Part shown: positions 34,029 to 45,309 of the stretch, piece after piece
Numbering within the stretch: position 1 is the first letter of the stretch
Layout: every line of letters begins with the position of its first letter
From: Octopus bimaculoides
Taxonomy: Eukaryota
NCBI RefSeq assembly: GCF_001194135.2
Contig: NC_069002.1
Span: forward strand, 24,018,538-24,063,846
Direction: 5' to 3'
Length of the DNA: 45,309 nucleotides
Translations under genes and position numbers: made by a program
The notes under the pieces: model-generated
The model's input: only the letters and a program-made list of their open reading frames with translations
What the model was told of the DNA's origin: nothing
Databases searched by the model: none

Positions 34029-34500
34029 CTTTAATAGCAAGTCGCAACATTTGTTTCTGCACCGGACACCAGCATTGAGCTGCTGAGTTTACACTTGTAT
34101 ATCATTATATATGATTATGTTTTAGAGTTACTTTACAATTAAATATTGTGTGGTGCTTCCTCAGGTGGAATGCTATCAGACACCGTCGGATTTTTTAAAA
34201 TTTCTTTAAATGTATCATGTCCATTCAGTATATTTGATTCCGGGCGACATATATTGTTGTGACAACAGCATTTTTATTACTGTAAGTATCATTATAGTCA
34301 CCTTTATTCTGTTATTATTGTTGCTGTTGATAATATTATTGGGATATTACTTCTGTATTTGGTTTTGTGTGACTACAACAATGTGTTATTCTAAAAGTAA
34401 TCCTAAAGAAGAATACTGTATAATGATGTATCACATATAAATTCAGCAACTTAAAGCTGGTATCCGGTGCCGAAACAAATGTTGTGATTTGCTATTAAAG
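34029..34500. mobile_element. Foldback element/MITE with 45-bp outer inverted repeats and weaker inner arms
   Basis: 34029-34073 versus the reverse complement of 34456-34500 is 41/45; similarity continues inward by eye. A partial third TIR copy lies at about 34560-34575. Confidence 0.75.
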
Positions 34501-34619
34501 TAAATTCCTTCTTGTATATAACGCTAAAATGGAAAACAGCAGTTTTAATAACAAATCACATTTGCTATTAAAGCAAATCTTACCATCACAGACAGTATTC
34601 CCCCCCCTCTCTCTCTCTC

Positions 34620-34667
<48 letters not shown>

Positions 34668-35167
34668 TATATACGTTATATACATATACATATATATATA
34701 TACATATATATATATATACATATATATATGTGTGTGTATGTGTGTGTGTATGTGTGTGTATGTGTGTGTGTGTGTGTGTGTGTGTTCATATATTATATTA
34801 TATAATCCAAAGTGAGAACGGTCATAATAGTATTATAAATCAAATCCATTGCCTTTATCTCGACAAGTTTTGGGGCAACCATCAAATCGAAAACGTTAAT
34901 TAATCAACTGCGTTATTTATTTTTTTGTTTTGTTTTACATCCAGCAGTAAATCGTAGCACAACACCCAATTACCTATAGCACAAAGCGATGGAAACGAGA
35001 CTGCTTCACGCTGTAATTTGCAAAGCTCAATAAACCATTAATACTTAAGTGTCTCGGTTACTGATATAACAGAATATACCCAACACTGAACCTGTAGTTG
35101 CTAGTTCGAAACGATATCTACTTCAGCAACCCCATTACAAAAAGCTTCAATAATCTGAGAGAGCATC

Positions 35168-35198
<31 letters not shown>

Positions 35199-35208
35199 TG
35201 TATGTATG

Positions 35209-35255
<47 letters not shown>

Positions 35256-35265
35256 AATTAGATAT

Positions 35266-35660
35266 AAGACGAGCTGGTAGAAACGTTAGCACGCCGGGTG
35301 AAATGCTTAGCGGTATTTCATTTGTCTTTACGTTCTGAGTTCAAATTTCGCCGAGGTCGACTTTGCATTTCATCCTTTCGGGGTCGATAAATTAAGTGCC
35401 ACTTACGCACTGGGGTCGATGTAATCGACTTAATCCGTTTGTCTGTCCTTGTTTATCCCCTCTATGTTTAGCCCCTTGTGGGCAATAAAGAAATAGGTAT
35501 TTCGTCTGTTTTTACGTTCTGAGTTCAAATTCCGCCGAGGTCGACTTTGCCGTTCATCCTTTCAGGGTCAACAAATTAAGTACCAGTTGCGTACTGGTGT
35601 CGATCTAATCGACTGGCCTCTTCCCAAAAAATTTCGGGCCTTGTGCCGAGAGTAGAAAAG
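35266..35660 (+). mobile_element. Composite Nin-core SINE (tail-B monomer plus tail-A monomer)
   Basis: Head, core and tail B ending GCAATAAAGAAATA joined to GGTATTTCGTCTG, then core and tail A ending CCGAGAGTAGAAAAG. Confidence 0.9.
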
Positions 35661-36829
35661 CATATATATATATATATTGATATATTTTGTGAACGTTACA
35701 TCTACAGAAATTATAGCTAGCACCGATTTTTTTGCTACAACATTTCGCATCGAGACAAACAATGAGATCGAAGACAAAAATGGGTAATGCCATATTTCGG
35801 GGGGTTTTTTGCCCCTTCCTCAGCACCCATCTAACCCACTCTCGCCCCCGAACACATTGCTTTCATTACCCATTGCATGGCTCGGCTTGAAGAATCCGGC
35901 TTACGATCCCTTCCTGCGACATTCTAATCACATGTCTAGAGCAACGGAGCTATGACGTCTCAATGCGGAGAGAGTGACTCTCCCATCTCCGAATTATGCA
36001 CCTTTTCGAGAAGCGCTTACTCCAGAGATCCTTAAAAGGACTGTTGGGTAATGACTGAGAGTGTACGGTCGCGAATATAATGCTGGAAAATAATGATACA
36101 TTTCAAAATTATTTACCTCTTGCATTTTTATTTTCTTTCTGGAGAAATGAATATTCTTGAAGATAGTGATGTCAGTAGATGTCGCTGTAAATGAGAATGA
36201 GTTTTATCGTATGAATAAAAAGAGCTGTGTTAATAAAAGTTCGTTTGAGATTTTAAAATTTGGTCAAATCTACAAGAAAAGAAACAAACATTCATACTGT
36301 ACAAAGACACAATGGATCGATAAAAATATTGCAGTAAAATTTCTGTGCATACATCCAAACGACCCAACCAATACGACAGATTACAGACACCCTTGCCCTC
36401 ACGCAATCAGATAGAAATGAATTGTTTGATGTACCTGTGGGATAATAGTGGGGGCACAGCTTCTAGCGGTTTGAGTCTTATACTCACGTAACTCTCTTAC
36501 TCAGAGTTTCATATAACCGATCAATCATGAGTATTTGGAAGAATAGCTTACATTAAGAAACTGCCAATTGCATCGAATACATACGAGTGAATGAACAATA
36601 GAACAAATATACTGACTGAGTAGTAAAGCGACTTACCTTCTCATATCATTTAAAGTTTCGCGGATGTTAAAGCAAATCCATTTTCATGGATATTCTACCA
36701 TTCGTTTGTTCACTCGCGTATATCGGCTCCAATCTCTGTTAATTGTTACTTACAAACGAAGAATAAGAATTACGCGCGCGCGTGTACGTGTGTGAGTATA
36801 TGCGCGCGTGCGTGCATGTGTGTGTGTGA

Positions 36830-37345
36830 TGGGTGTCCACTCGTGACAGAGGAAGCCCATCAAAAATTGCCAGCGATGCTTGGGTATGAGGTTATTTCAC
36901 CAGCTATCAGCTTCACCCTAATTCCCATCCACGGCTTCCATAGTCGCCGCGGCACCTTCCTACTCGACCGAACATCGGAGAGTCGCCTCACCGACGATTG
37001 CACAGCTTTAGGTCCGATAAGGTTTGCACAGCACCTCATAGACCCTCTCCACTCTACTGACATGATCCAGAGTCAAGCCAGTACAAGATACCCAGTCGCA
37101 GTATGGGTCTCAGCCTCAGGAATGTGGGAGTGCCATGATCTCAAGCGCAAAATGATCAATGCCAATCTCTGAGTGACTAGAGACATGCTTCAAGAAAAGC
37201 TAAGGGGTGCCTCACTCCCTGTTTTCTTCTAACATGCTGGACACCAAGTCGCCTCACCAGGCAAGCCTAGTGCAGGTGTCGGTTTAGCCGCCGACGAACC
37301 CGTCATGCAACAGTTTGTACTAGTTTACATGTTACCAGTAGCACT
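36830..37345. mobile_element. GC-richer insert between (TG)n and (CA)n tracts, possibly an RTE-LINE 5' region
   Basis: Composition differs from the flanks; no protein motif recognised; family assignment is a guess. Confidence 0.25.
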
Positions 37346-37369
37346 CATTAGAGACGTCGCATACACACA

Positions 37370-37459
<90 letters not shown>

Positions 37460-37574
37460 TTTATTTATTGTGTGTGTGTGTGAGTGTGTGAGACCTACAC
37501 CAACAAAAACAATAAAAACACCAATGGAAACATCGCAAGCGATATATATCGCCATAGTTTCCAACATTTTCAGA

Positions 37575-37830
37575 TGCAGTAAAGGTGATCACATCACCCC
37601 CAACATTTGGTCTTCTAATTCTTTAGATCTCAATTCATTTGAACTACTATGCATGAAGCATCGATGAGAAAAATGTTATTGAACACTCCCATAGCACCAA
37701 AATATTTTGAAAGCTGCCATAGTTCAGGTCACGTCCGATATGGACAAGAACCACTTAATCCGAGCTTGTAAACGATTTCGACCCCGCATAGAGGCAGTTA
37801 TTGATGCCTGCGGTGGTTTTTATTGAGTGA
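37575..37830 (+). mobile_element. Tc1/mariner transposase C-terminal remnant
   Basis: PNIWSSNSLDLNSF (cf. WPPNSPDLNPLD) and, in a shifted frame, LKAAIVQVTSDMDKNHLIRACKRFRPRIEAVIDACGG. Confidence 0.8.
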
Positions 37831-37959
37831 AATTATTAAACTGATTATTTAGCTCTATGTTTATGCTATTTTTATAAAAATAGTTTTTATTTTTCTGTTA
37901 TTATATAAGCGTTTTGTAAAACCATAAATATGTCTTCAAATACCGTCTGCACCCTGTAT

Positions 37960-38013
<54 letters not shown>

Positions 38014-38061
38014 TATATATATATATACAGGAAATGATGGACTCTGTCATCGAAATTTCAC

Positions 38062-38164
38062 CCTTGGCAGCTTCCCTTAAACTGTCTGCTTATAAGCTTA
38101 GGTTCAATTTGAGGGTGGGGTTTAGAAGCAGAAATAGAGATGTGGCTTACGGAGTTGTCGTTTG
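38062..38164 (-). CDS. Candidate internal exon (phase 1 to 2; unknown protein)
   Basis: Strong acceptor TTTTTTTTCTCTTTATTTCAG, open frame (A)NDNSVSHISISASKPHPQIEPKLISRQFKGSCQG, moderate donor AGG|GTGAAA. An internal GTAAGC would give a 14-nt exon instead. Confidence 0.22.
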
Positions 38165-38404
38165 CTGAAATAAAGAGAAAAAAAATACAGACATTTTGGT
38201 CTGAGAAATATCAGAAAAGAAATTCTGATCAAATTATTTCAGTGGATGAACAAGAAAAGATTAAATTATATTAAAGTAGAGGTAAACTGCTTGCATTGAC
38301 GACATGATAATAACAACAACAACACCAACAACAATAGAAATAATAATATTAACAACAACACCAATGATGATGATGATGATGATGAAAATGTATTTTATAT
38401 AATA

Positions 38405-38469
38405 ATGAAGAAGAAGAAGAAGAAGAAGAAGAAGAAGAAGAAGAAGAAGAAGAAGAAGAAGAAGAAGAA

Positions 38470-38500
<31 letters not shown>
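38405..38500 (+). repeat. (AAG)n microsatellite
   Basis: Read directly. Confidence 0.97.
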
Positions 38501-38501
<1 letters not shown>

Positions 38502-38550
38502 AATGTCTGATATAGTCCTGGTGGAGATGAAGGGTTAGTGTTTCCCTTAC

Positions 38551-38658
38551 CAAAAATAGAGTTGAAATGGAGGGTGCTTTTCAAATGAAGTTTATTTTGT
38601 TGTTCGAATTGAAGGAGTGTCTTTTTCGGCCTTTTGTTGAAATCAGTCAAGCGTGAAG
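38551..38658 (-). CDS. Candidate 108-nt symmetric (phase 1-1) exon (unknown protein)
   Basis: Acceptor GATTGTTTAG, single open frame SRLTDFNKRPKKTLLQFEQQNKLHLKSTLHFNSIF, donor TTG|GTAAGG. Confidence 0.25.
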
Positions 38659-39652
38659 CTAAACAATCACTCGCAATGGGTCAATAAAGTTTTTTTATAG
38701 GTTAATGTATGGCAAATATTTACTGAAATACAAGTCTATGCTTTCAGTATACCTAGACATACTCATATAGAAACAACCACATAGACACACACACGCTTAT
38801 AGATATTCAAACATATATACACACATGTACTTACATCTATTTATATCTACCAACCTATACCCATCTATCTATCCATCTATTCATACATTCATGCATACAT
38901 TCACACACACACACACACACACATACATACATATACACATNNNNNNNNNNNNNNNNNNNNNNNNNNNNNNNNNNNNNNNNNNNNNNNNNNNNNNNNNNNN
39001 NNNNNNNNNNNNNNNNNNNNNNNNNNNNNNNNNNNNNNNNNNNNNNNNNNNNNNNNNNNNNNNNNNNNNNNNNNNNNNNNNNNNNNNNNNNNNNNNNNNN
39101 NNNNNNNNNNNNNNNNNNNNNNNNNNNNNNNNNNNNNNNNNNNNNNNNNNNNNNNNNNNNNNNNNNNNNNNNNNNNNNNNNNNNNNNNNNNNNNNNNNNN
39201 NNNNNNNNNNNNNNNNNNNNNNNNNNNNNNNNNNNNNNNNNNNNNNNNNNNNNNNNNNNNNNNNNNNNNNNNNNNNNNNNNNNNNNNNNNNNNNNNNNNN
39301 NNNNNNNNNNNNNNNNNNNNNNNNNNNNNNNNNNNNNNNNNNNNNNNNNNNNNNNNNNNNNNNNNNNNNNNNNNNNNNNNNNNNNNNNNNNNNNNNNNNN
39401 NNNNNNNNNNNNNNNNNNNNNNNNNNNTATATATATATATATATGTAACAATATTTTCTAGGATTAAATTTATAAATATTTAATACATCACTACGCACGT
39501 TTCCACGAATCACATGACTTTAACGTCAGTGTCAGTATCCTTAGGATGAGTACAGTATAGTCCAGTACATGAGTACAGCATAGCTAGATTGGCCCTCATA
39601 CTGGCAAGAAGGGATAAACATCCCACTGTGATTCATCCATCAATGCAGTATT

Positions 39653-39867
39653 CTTTTCTGCTCTCGGCACAAGGCCCGAAATTTTGGGTAAAGGGGACCA
39701 GTCGATTAGATCGACCCCAGTACGCAACTGATACTTAATTTATCGACCCCGAAAGGATAAAAGGCAAAGTCGACTCGGCGGAATTTGAACTCAGAACGTA
39801 AAGACAGACGAAATACCGGTAAGCATTTCGCCCGGCGTGCTAATGTTTCTGCCAGCTCACCGCCTTG
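39653..39867 (-). mobile_element. Full-length Nin-core tRNA-SINE with 10-bp target-site duplication
   Basis: ATGCAGTATT at 39643-39652 and 39868-39877; complete head, B-box, core and tail A. Confidence 0.92.
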
Positions 39868-40315
39868 ATGCAGTATTGCCTGATGAAATGAATCAATGAT
39901 GAGAATCAACCGGATGCTCACGGATAATACGGACTATACTGTATTCATCCCAAGAACACGAACTCTGATGTTAAAATCATGGGATTTGTGGAAACGCGCG
40001 TAGTGATGTACTAACTATTTATAAATTCCATCCCAGAATTATTGTTTTTATATTTATCCTACATTATATCGGTAGAACCCTGATACAACCCCGAAAAACT
40101 GACTCACTAATCAGTAACAGTAGACGGTAGCCGGCATAATAAAATAGGAGGTTTATTTGCATACGCTTAATGTATNNNNNNNNNNNNNNNNNNNNNNNNN
40201 NNNNNNNNNNNNNNNNNNNNNNNNNNNNNNNNNNNNNNNNNNNNNNNNNNNNNNNNNNNNNNNNNNNNNNNNNNNNNNNNNNNNNNNNNNNNNNNNNNNN
40301 NNNNNNNNNNNNNNN

Positions 40316-41063
40316 AAACGTTTCCCTCCAGTATTGTTCTGACCACATCTGCAGAATTCATATTTTCCCTGTCCAGATGATTTTGAAAACTGTAGAACAA
40401 ATAATAATCAGATGGGGCAATATCCGGCGAATATGGTGGAATATGGTGACGTTTATATAGAGAACCCATTTCTCGTCACCAGTCACAATTCGGTCGAAAA
40501 AAGGTTCCCTGCGGAGAGTTTGTGAGGAACCCATTGACCCAACTTGCTGACTTTCCCAATGGCACGCAGGCGTCGATGAATGATTGAATGACCAAATCCA
40601 AGCTTCTCTGCTAGTTCCTCAACTGTTACGATTGGATTTTGCTACACCAGGGTTTACAGGACGTCTTCGTCGAGTACTGCAGATCTTTCAGGACGAGGTT
40701 CGTCTTCTAGGCTGTAGTTTCCGGCTCGGAGTTTCGGGAACCACCGTTGACACTGGCTTATGCTCATTCTCCGATCCCCATATACTGCATTAATATTCCT
40801 CGCACTTTCCGTTGCGTTGTTGCCTTTTGTGAACTCACAAAGCAAAATATGGCGAATATGCTCCTTTGTCACTTCCATTATAGCTTTGAAAAAATAACTG
40901 TTAAAATCGAACTCCACTCTTCAAAACTTGCACTAAGAATAAGCACAAGGTAAAATTACTACCTGCTTCTATAGTAAGTTGATGCAGGTAGTTTATCCTG
41001 TCCCCATCCGACTTTTAGCTCATGCAATCGAAAAATCCGCATTATTTAGTAGATGACCTAATA
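40316..41063 (-). mobile_element. Non-autonomous mariner with two internal deletions; one TIR visible, the other end runs into a gap
   Basis: HTH region KEHIRHILLCEFTKGNNATESARNINAVYG...QRWF...SLEDEPRPER, WVPHKLS, IVTGDEKWVLY, PPYSPDIAPSDY. TIR TATTAGGTCATCTACTAAATAATGCGG at 41037-41063. Confidence 0.92.
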
Positions 41064-41429
41064 TATATAAATACATACATTCTTATTAGAATGTATGCAT
41101 GTGTGTGAATATCTGTGCTTAATTGTGTGTGTGTGCGTTTTAATTGAGGAAAAGTCATTTTACTGGAGCCTATAAACAAACTTACCATTTGCTTATCAAT
41201 ATTGTTTCTCTCGTTGCCTAGAAATTTTACGTCGCACTCCTTCCGTGGCCGCCTCAATGGGTATACCTTTTTGAAAGGTTTACATTTTCCACTTGATTTT
41301 CCTTTGTTATGTTACATTTCAATGGTAAGCGTGGCCAAGTTTTGTTTATTTATCTATGTATTTTACCGCTTATTGCTGTATATTTTGATGGTTGACTTTA
41401 ACTGTTTTACTCTTATCGTATCCTTCCTC

Positions 41430-42205
41430 CTATATCACTGTGATGGTGGGTTTCGGTTCAGTAGGCATTTTACACCCTATTTTTCTAGCAGCTTCAAAGA
41501 TAGGATATGTTACAACCCTTCAAGTAAAAATATTAATCATAAAATTCGATCTAAAAATAGACCTAGGAAAATAATTTGGTTCGCCTCTCCTTTCTCCTTA
41601 ATGTTAAGACTAACGAAGGCAAAAGAAGACCCTATCTCTTTTAGATAACCATTTCCCAATGAATCAGAATACAGGAAGATTTTTAACAGACGCTCAATTA
41701 AAATATCATATAACTCTTGCTCCAATTTGAAGAACATTTTAACTCATAAAAATCACGAAGAGCCCATTCCCAGTTGGAAATCTCGAGACTTTGAAGCTTT
41801 CCCCCATAACTAGACGTGTTTGAGGCATGTACGAAGCAAAAGTAACATCAGCGCTTCAAGATAACTGAAAAGAAGAATTTCATCGGGTTATGCCAAAGCA
41901 TTATAAAAAAAAGAAAAAAATATTATGCAAACCATCTATCTTCTTTCCGGCACATCGACAAAAGTAATGTAGTTAGGTTGGCTATCTACGTATGGAGTCT
42001 GAAGACCAAATCCACGTCATAGGCAATCAAGTGAAAATTTGTGAAAAAATCCGAGCCACATGTTAATGAGCCTAAAAATGCAACTTATGCGCAGCAGTGA
42101 TATCTCATATTCTTCTTAGATTCAATAATTCCATCACACTGCTTAATTTCGGATCTGAAATTTTTAGCAGTGCAAACACATGCACAAGTTTCTTTTGTGG
42201 AACCG
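41430..42205 (+). mobile_element. Penelope-like element remnant (RT C-terminal region plus GIY-YIG endonuclease)
   Basis: NRPRKIIWF..PFSLNVKTN, KIFNRRSIKISY, MYEAKVTS, YANHLSSFRH, YVWSLK, KCNLC and LLNFGSEIFSS across frameshifts, matching the Penelope-like ORF layout. Confidence 0.85.
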
Positions 42206-42560
42206 GAGGACACTATACGCTCCAAATTTAGTTCAGATCTTGCAGACTTTGGCATATTTTATTATATTTTGTTCTATTCCAGCTGCATTAATTGCGGTTT
42301 CTATAATCATGAAGGACGGAGACTTCGGTGTTCTTGCATTTGTTTCTTTCTTCTCGTTCCCTCTTTTGCATCAACTCTCTTCGCGTTTTTCTTCTGATTT
42401 TCCCGTATGTTTTAACTGCCTAGCGTCCTTGTTTTTTTTAAAATATATTTAACGCATAAACAGAGCCTGAGAATTGCTTATAGGTGTTTCGGTATGTGTA
42501 TCAATTTGATGCTTATTTCTCATTGGATAGAACATTTATTTGTTGATTCTAGCTATATTG

Positions 42561-42752
<192 letters not shown>

Positions 42753-43187
42753 ATCTCACACACTCTCTCTGTGCACGCGCGCATGTGTATGTGTAGACGC
42801 ATTGAAAAGTTGTTTTCTCGAAAATATCATTTAATCTTTGCTTAGAACTCCATGTATATCCAACTTCCAACCAGTTATAATACATAATTTGCCATCTGAT
42901 CTTCATTTGCTGTTAAACACATTTGAACAGATCAGTGAACGTATATCTTAGGGACGAATAAAATTGGAGATTCGTTTACAAATTGTTTTTTATAGTAACA
43001 TCCTCAATAATATAATTTTTAAACGTGTTTCGCTAACCTTCTATAAAGCGATTACTGCATAATATAACTAATATACGTCAGTGAAACACGTGTAAAAGTT
43101 ATGATTTATGATGTTAGAATAATAAAAATACCTCTGAATCTCCAGTTTTATTCTACTTTATTTCATATCTGTATGCATGTATGTATG

Positions 43188-43220
<33 letters not shown>

Positions 43221-43300
43221 ATGTGTGTGTGCGTGTGCGTGTGTGTGCATATGTACGTATGTATGGGTATGCGTGTATGTATATACATTTATATATATAA

Positions 43301-43341
<41 letters not shown>

Positions 43342-45029
43342 TATCGTTAGATAGATGGTACTATTTATATGTGTGTGAACCAGTGCATGTGTGCTTGTGT
43401 ATATAAAGTAAATAGCGTGATTTTAAGAAACAATCGTTAAACATAATGTTTAGTGGATCAAAGAATATGGAATCCAATTCACAAAATACGAAAGAGAAGG
43501 ATTTATGACCATTCTTTTGTGAAATGGAATTTTTGCAATTCATATAGTTATGCAAACGTGTTAATTCCATACCTTAATGATATTTTGATTAGTTTTATAC
43601 GATAGAGATCGATATATAATGCAACATAAAAAGCTTCTTCGCATACCGACGATTGTTGTACTATACAGGTATTTTAGAAATACGATCTATAGATTTAGAA
43701 ATAAACGTTCAAAATAACTTTGTATAATTTCAATATATACTCCCCGGCCAATCGCTTTCTCTATACCGAATTCTGTAGCTTGGCAAATTGTACTGAGTGA
43801 AAGAGTAAGAGAGAGNNNNNNNNNNNNNNNNNNNNNNNNNNNNNNNNNNNNNNNNNNNNNNNNNNNNNNNNNNNNNNNNNNNNNNNNNNNNNNNNNNNNN
43901 NNNNNNNNNNNNNNNNNNNNNNNNNNNNNNNNNNNNNNNNNNNNNNNNNNNNNNNNNNNNNNNNNNNNNNNNNNNNNNNNNNNNNNNNNNNNNNNNNNNN
44001 NNNNNNNNNNNNNNNNNNNNNNNNNNNNNNNNNNNNNNNNNNNNNNNNNNNNNNNNNNNNNNNNNNNNNNNNNNNNNNNNNNNNNNNNNNNNNNNNNNNN
44101 NNNNNNNNNNNNNNNNNNNNNNNNNNNNNNNNNNNNNNNNNNNNNNNNNNNNNNNNNNNNNNNNNNNNNNNNNNNNNNNNNNNNNNNNNNNNNNNNNNNN
44201 NNNNNNNNNNNNNNNNNNNNNNNNNNNNNNNNNNNNNNNNNNNNNNNNNNNNNNNNNNNNNNNNNNNNNNNNNNNNNNNNNNNNNNNNNNNNNNNNNNNN
44301 NNNNNNNNNNNNNNNNNNNNNNNNNNNNNNNNNNNNNNNNNNNNNNNNNNNNNNNNNNNNNNNNNNNNNNNNNNNNNNNNNNNNNNNNNNNNNNNNNNNN
44401 NNNNNNNNNNNNNNNNNNNNNNNNNNNNNNNNNNNNNNNNNNNNNNNNNNNNNNNNNNNNNNNNNNNNNNNNNNNNNNNNNNNNNNNNNNNNNNNNNNNN
44501 NNNNNNNNNNNNNNNNNNNNNNNNNNNNNNNNNNNNNNNNNNNNNNNNNNNNNNNNNNNNNNNNNNNNNNNNNNNNNNNNNNNNNNNNNNNATATATATA
44601 TATATATATATACATTATTTAAAAGAGTTCCAACTCTGTCTATTTTTTATGTTTTGTTTATATTCTTATAAAATCAATGTGGGATATAGAATATGGAATA
44701 TATAATATAAATAGTAAAATGAAATGAAGTATTGAATGTCGTATTGAATATATGAAATATTTAGTATTAAATATATAAGGACAAGTATACTTTCATGCCT
44801 CATGTACTGTAGCAGACTGGCTGTTCTATTGTCTTTTATACCTATTCCTTTGGACAGCAGCAGTAGGTGTTTGGCTATTTTTAGAAATGGTGCCAATTTT
44901 ACTGTTAGAAATGATGACATCTGAGAGATTTTTTGTGTTTTAGTTAAAGGGATAAGATTTTTAAAATACACACATAGAATGTCACTAAATCCACTTCAGT
45001 TGTAGTCCAAAGGGACCGTACACAAACAC

Positions 45030-45272
45030 ACATGCATACATACATACATACATACATACATACATACATACATACATACATACATACATACATGCATGCA
45101 CAAAAATTGATGTCACGGTTTGCACCGTAGAATTGTTTCTCGAGTTTTTAATAATACAAATAAAATAACCAAGATTTTAAGCACCATTCTTTCGAATGGT
45201 GATAATGTATAGCATTATCGCATATGTAATTGAGTGAGTACTCACACATACGCACACACCTGCACGCCCACG

Positions 45273-45309
<37 letters not shown>
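45030..45309 (+). repeat. (TACA)n tract (about 45035-45095) and terminal (CA)n tract
   Basis: Read directly. Confidence 0.9.

Noticed and set aside
3194-39867. A-box/B-box sequences as tRNA genes
   Set aside because: They are SINE heads; no cloverleaf or anticodon arm is present and they run into SINE bodies.
41186-41324. Exon-like signals on both strands (plus 41222-41324; minus donor ATG|GTAAGT)
   Set aside because: The strands conflict, the site is wedged between a mariner and a Penelope remnant, and there is no homolog.
44779-44940. Hydrophobic frame HASCTVADWLFYCLLYLFLWTAAVGVWL resembling adhesion-GPCR TM3
   Set aside because: Cys-to-Trp spacing is off by one, the conserved Glu is missing, there are no convincing splice sites, and T/G-rich DNA yields such peptides by chance.

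Overview
This is AT-rich, repeat-dense eukaryotic DNA from a gapped short-read assembly with 13 N-runs, most flanked by (TA)n/(CA)n microsatellites. The SINE families resemble those I recall from octopod cephalopods, so it is probably an Octopus genome (inference, unverified). Most of the window is decayed transposable elements: about 20 copies of a tRNA-derived SINE with a Nin/Deu-like core, other SINE families, two LTR+PBS(tRNA-Trp) modules, a Buster-type hAT transposase remnant, three Tc1/mariner remnants, a Penelope-like RT/GIY-YIG remnant, R4/Dong-like and RTE-like LINE fragments, and several MITE/foldback elements. Nearly all ORFs in the supplied track are artefacts of microsatellites or N-runs, or are pieces of these elements. 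I found no confidently identifiable host gene, rRNA, functional tRNA or CRISPR array; a few exon candidates are reported at low confidence. I do not see convincing evidence of a major new biological system. The most interesting observations are (i) a PBS whose tRNA-Trp similarity extends about 53 nt, (ii) a recurrent composite SINE, (iii) a long inverted SINE pair that could form dsRNA, and (iv) inverted duplications centred on (TA)n tracts.
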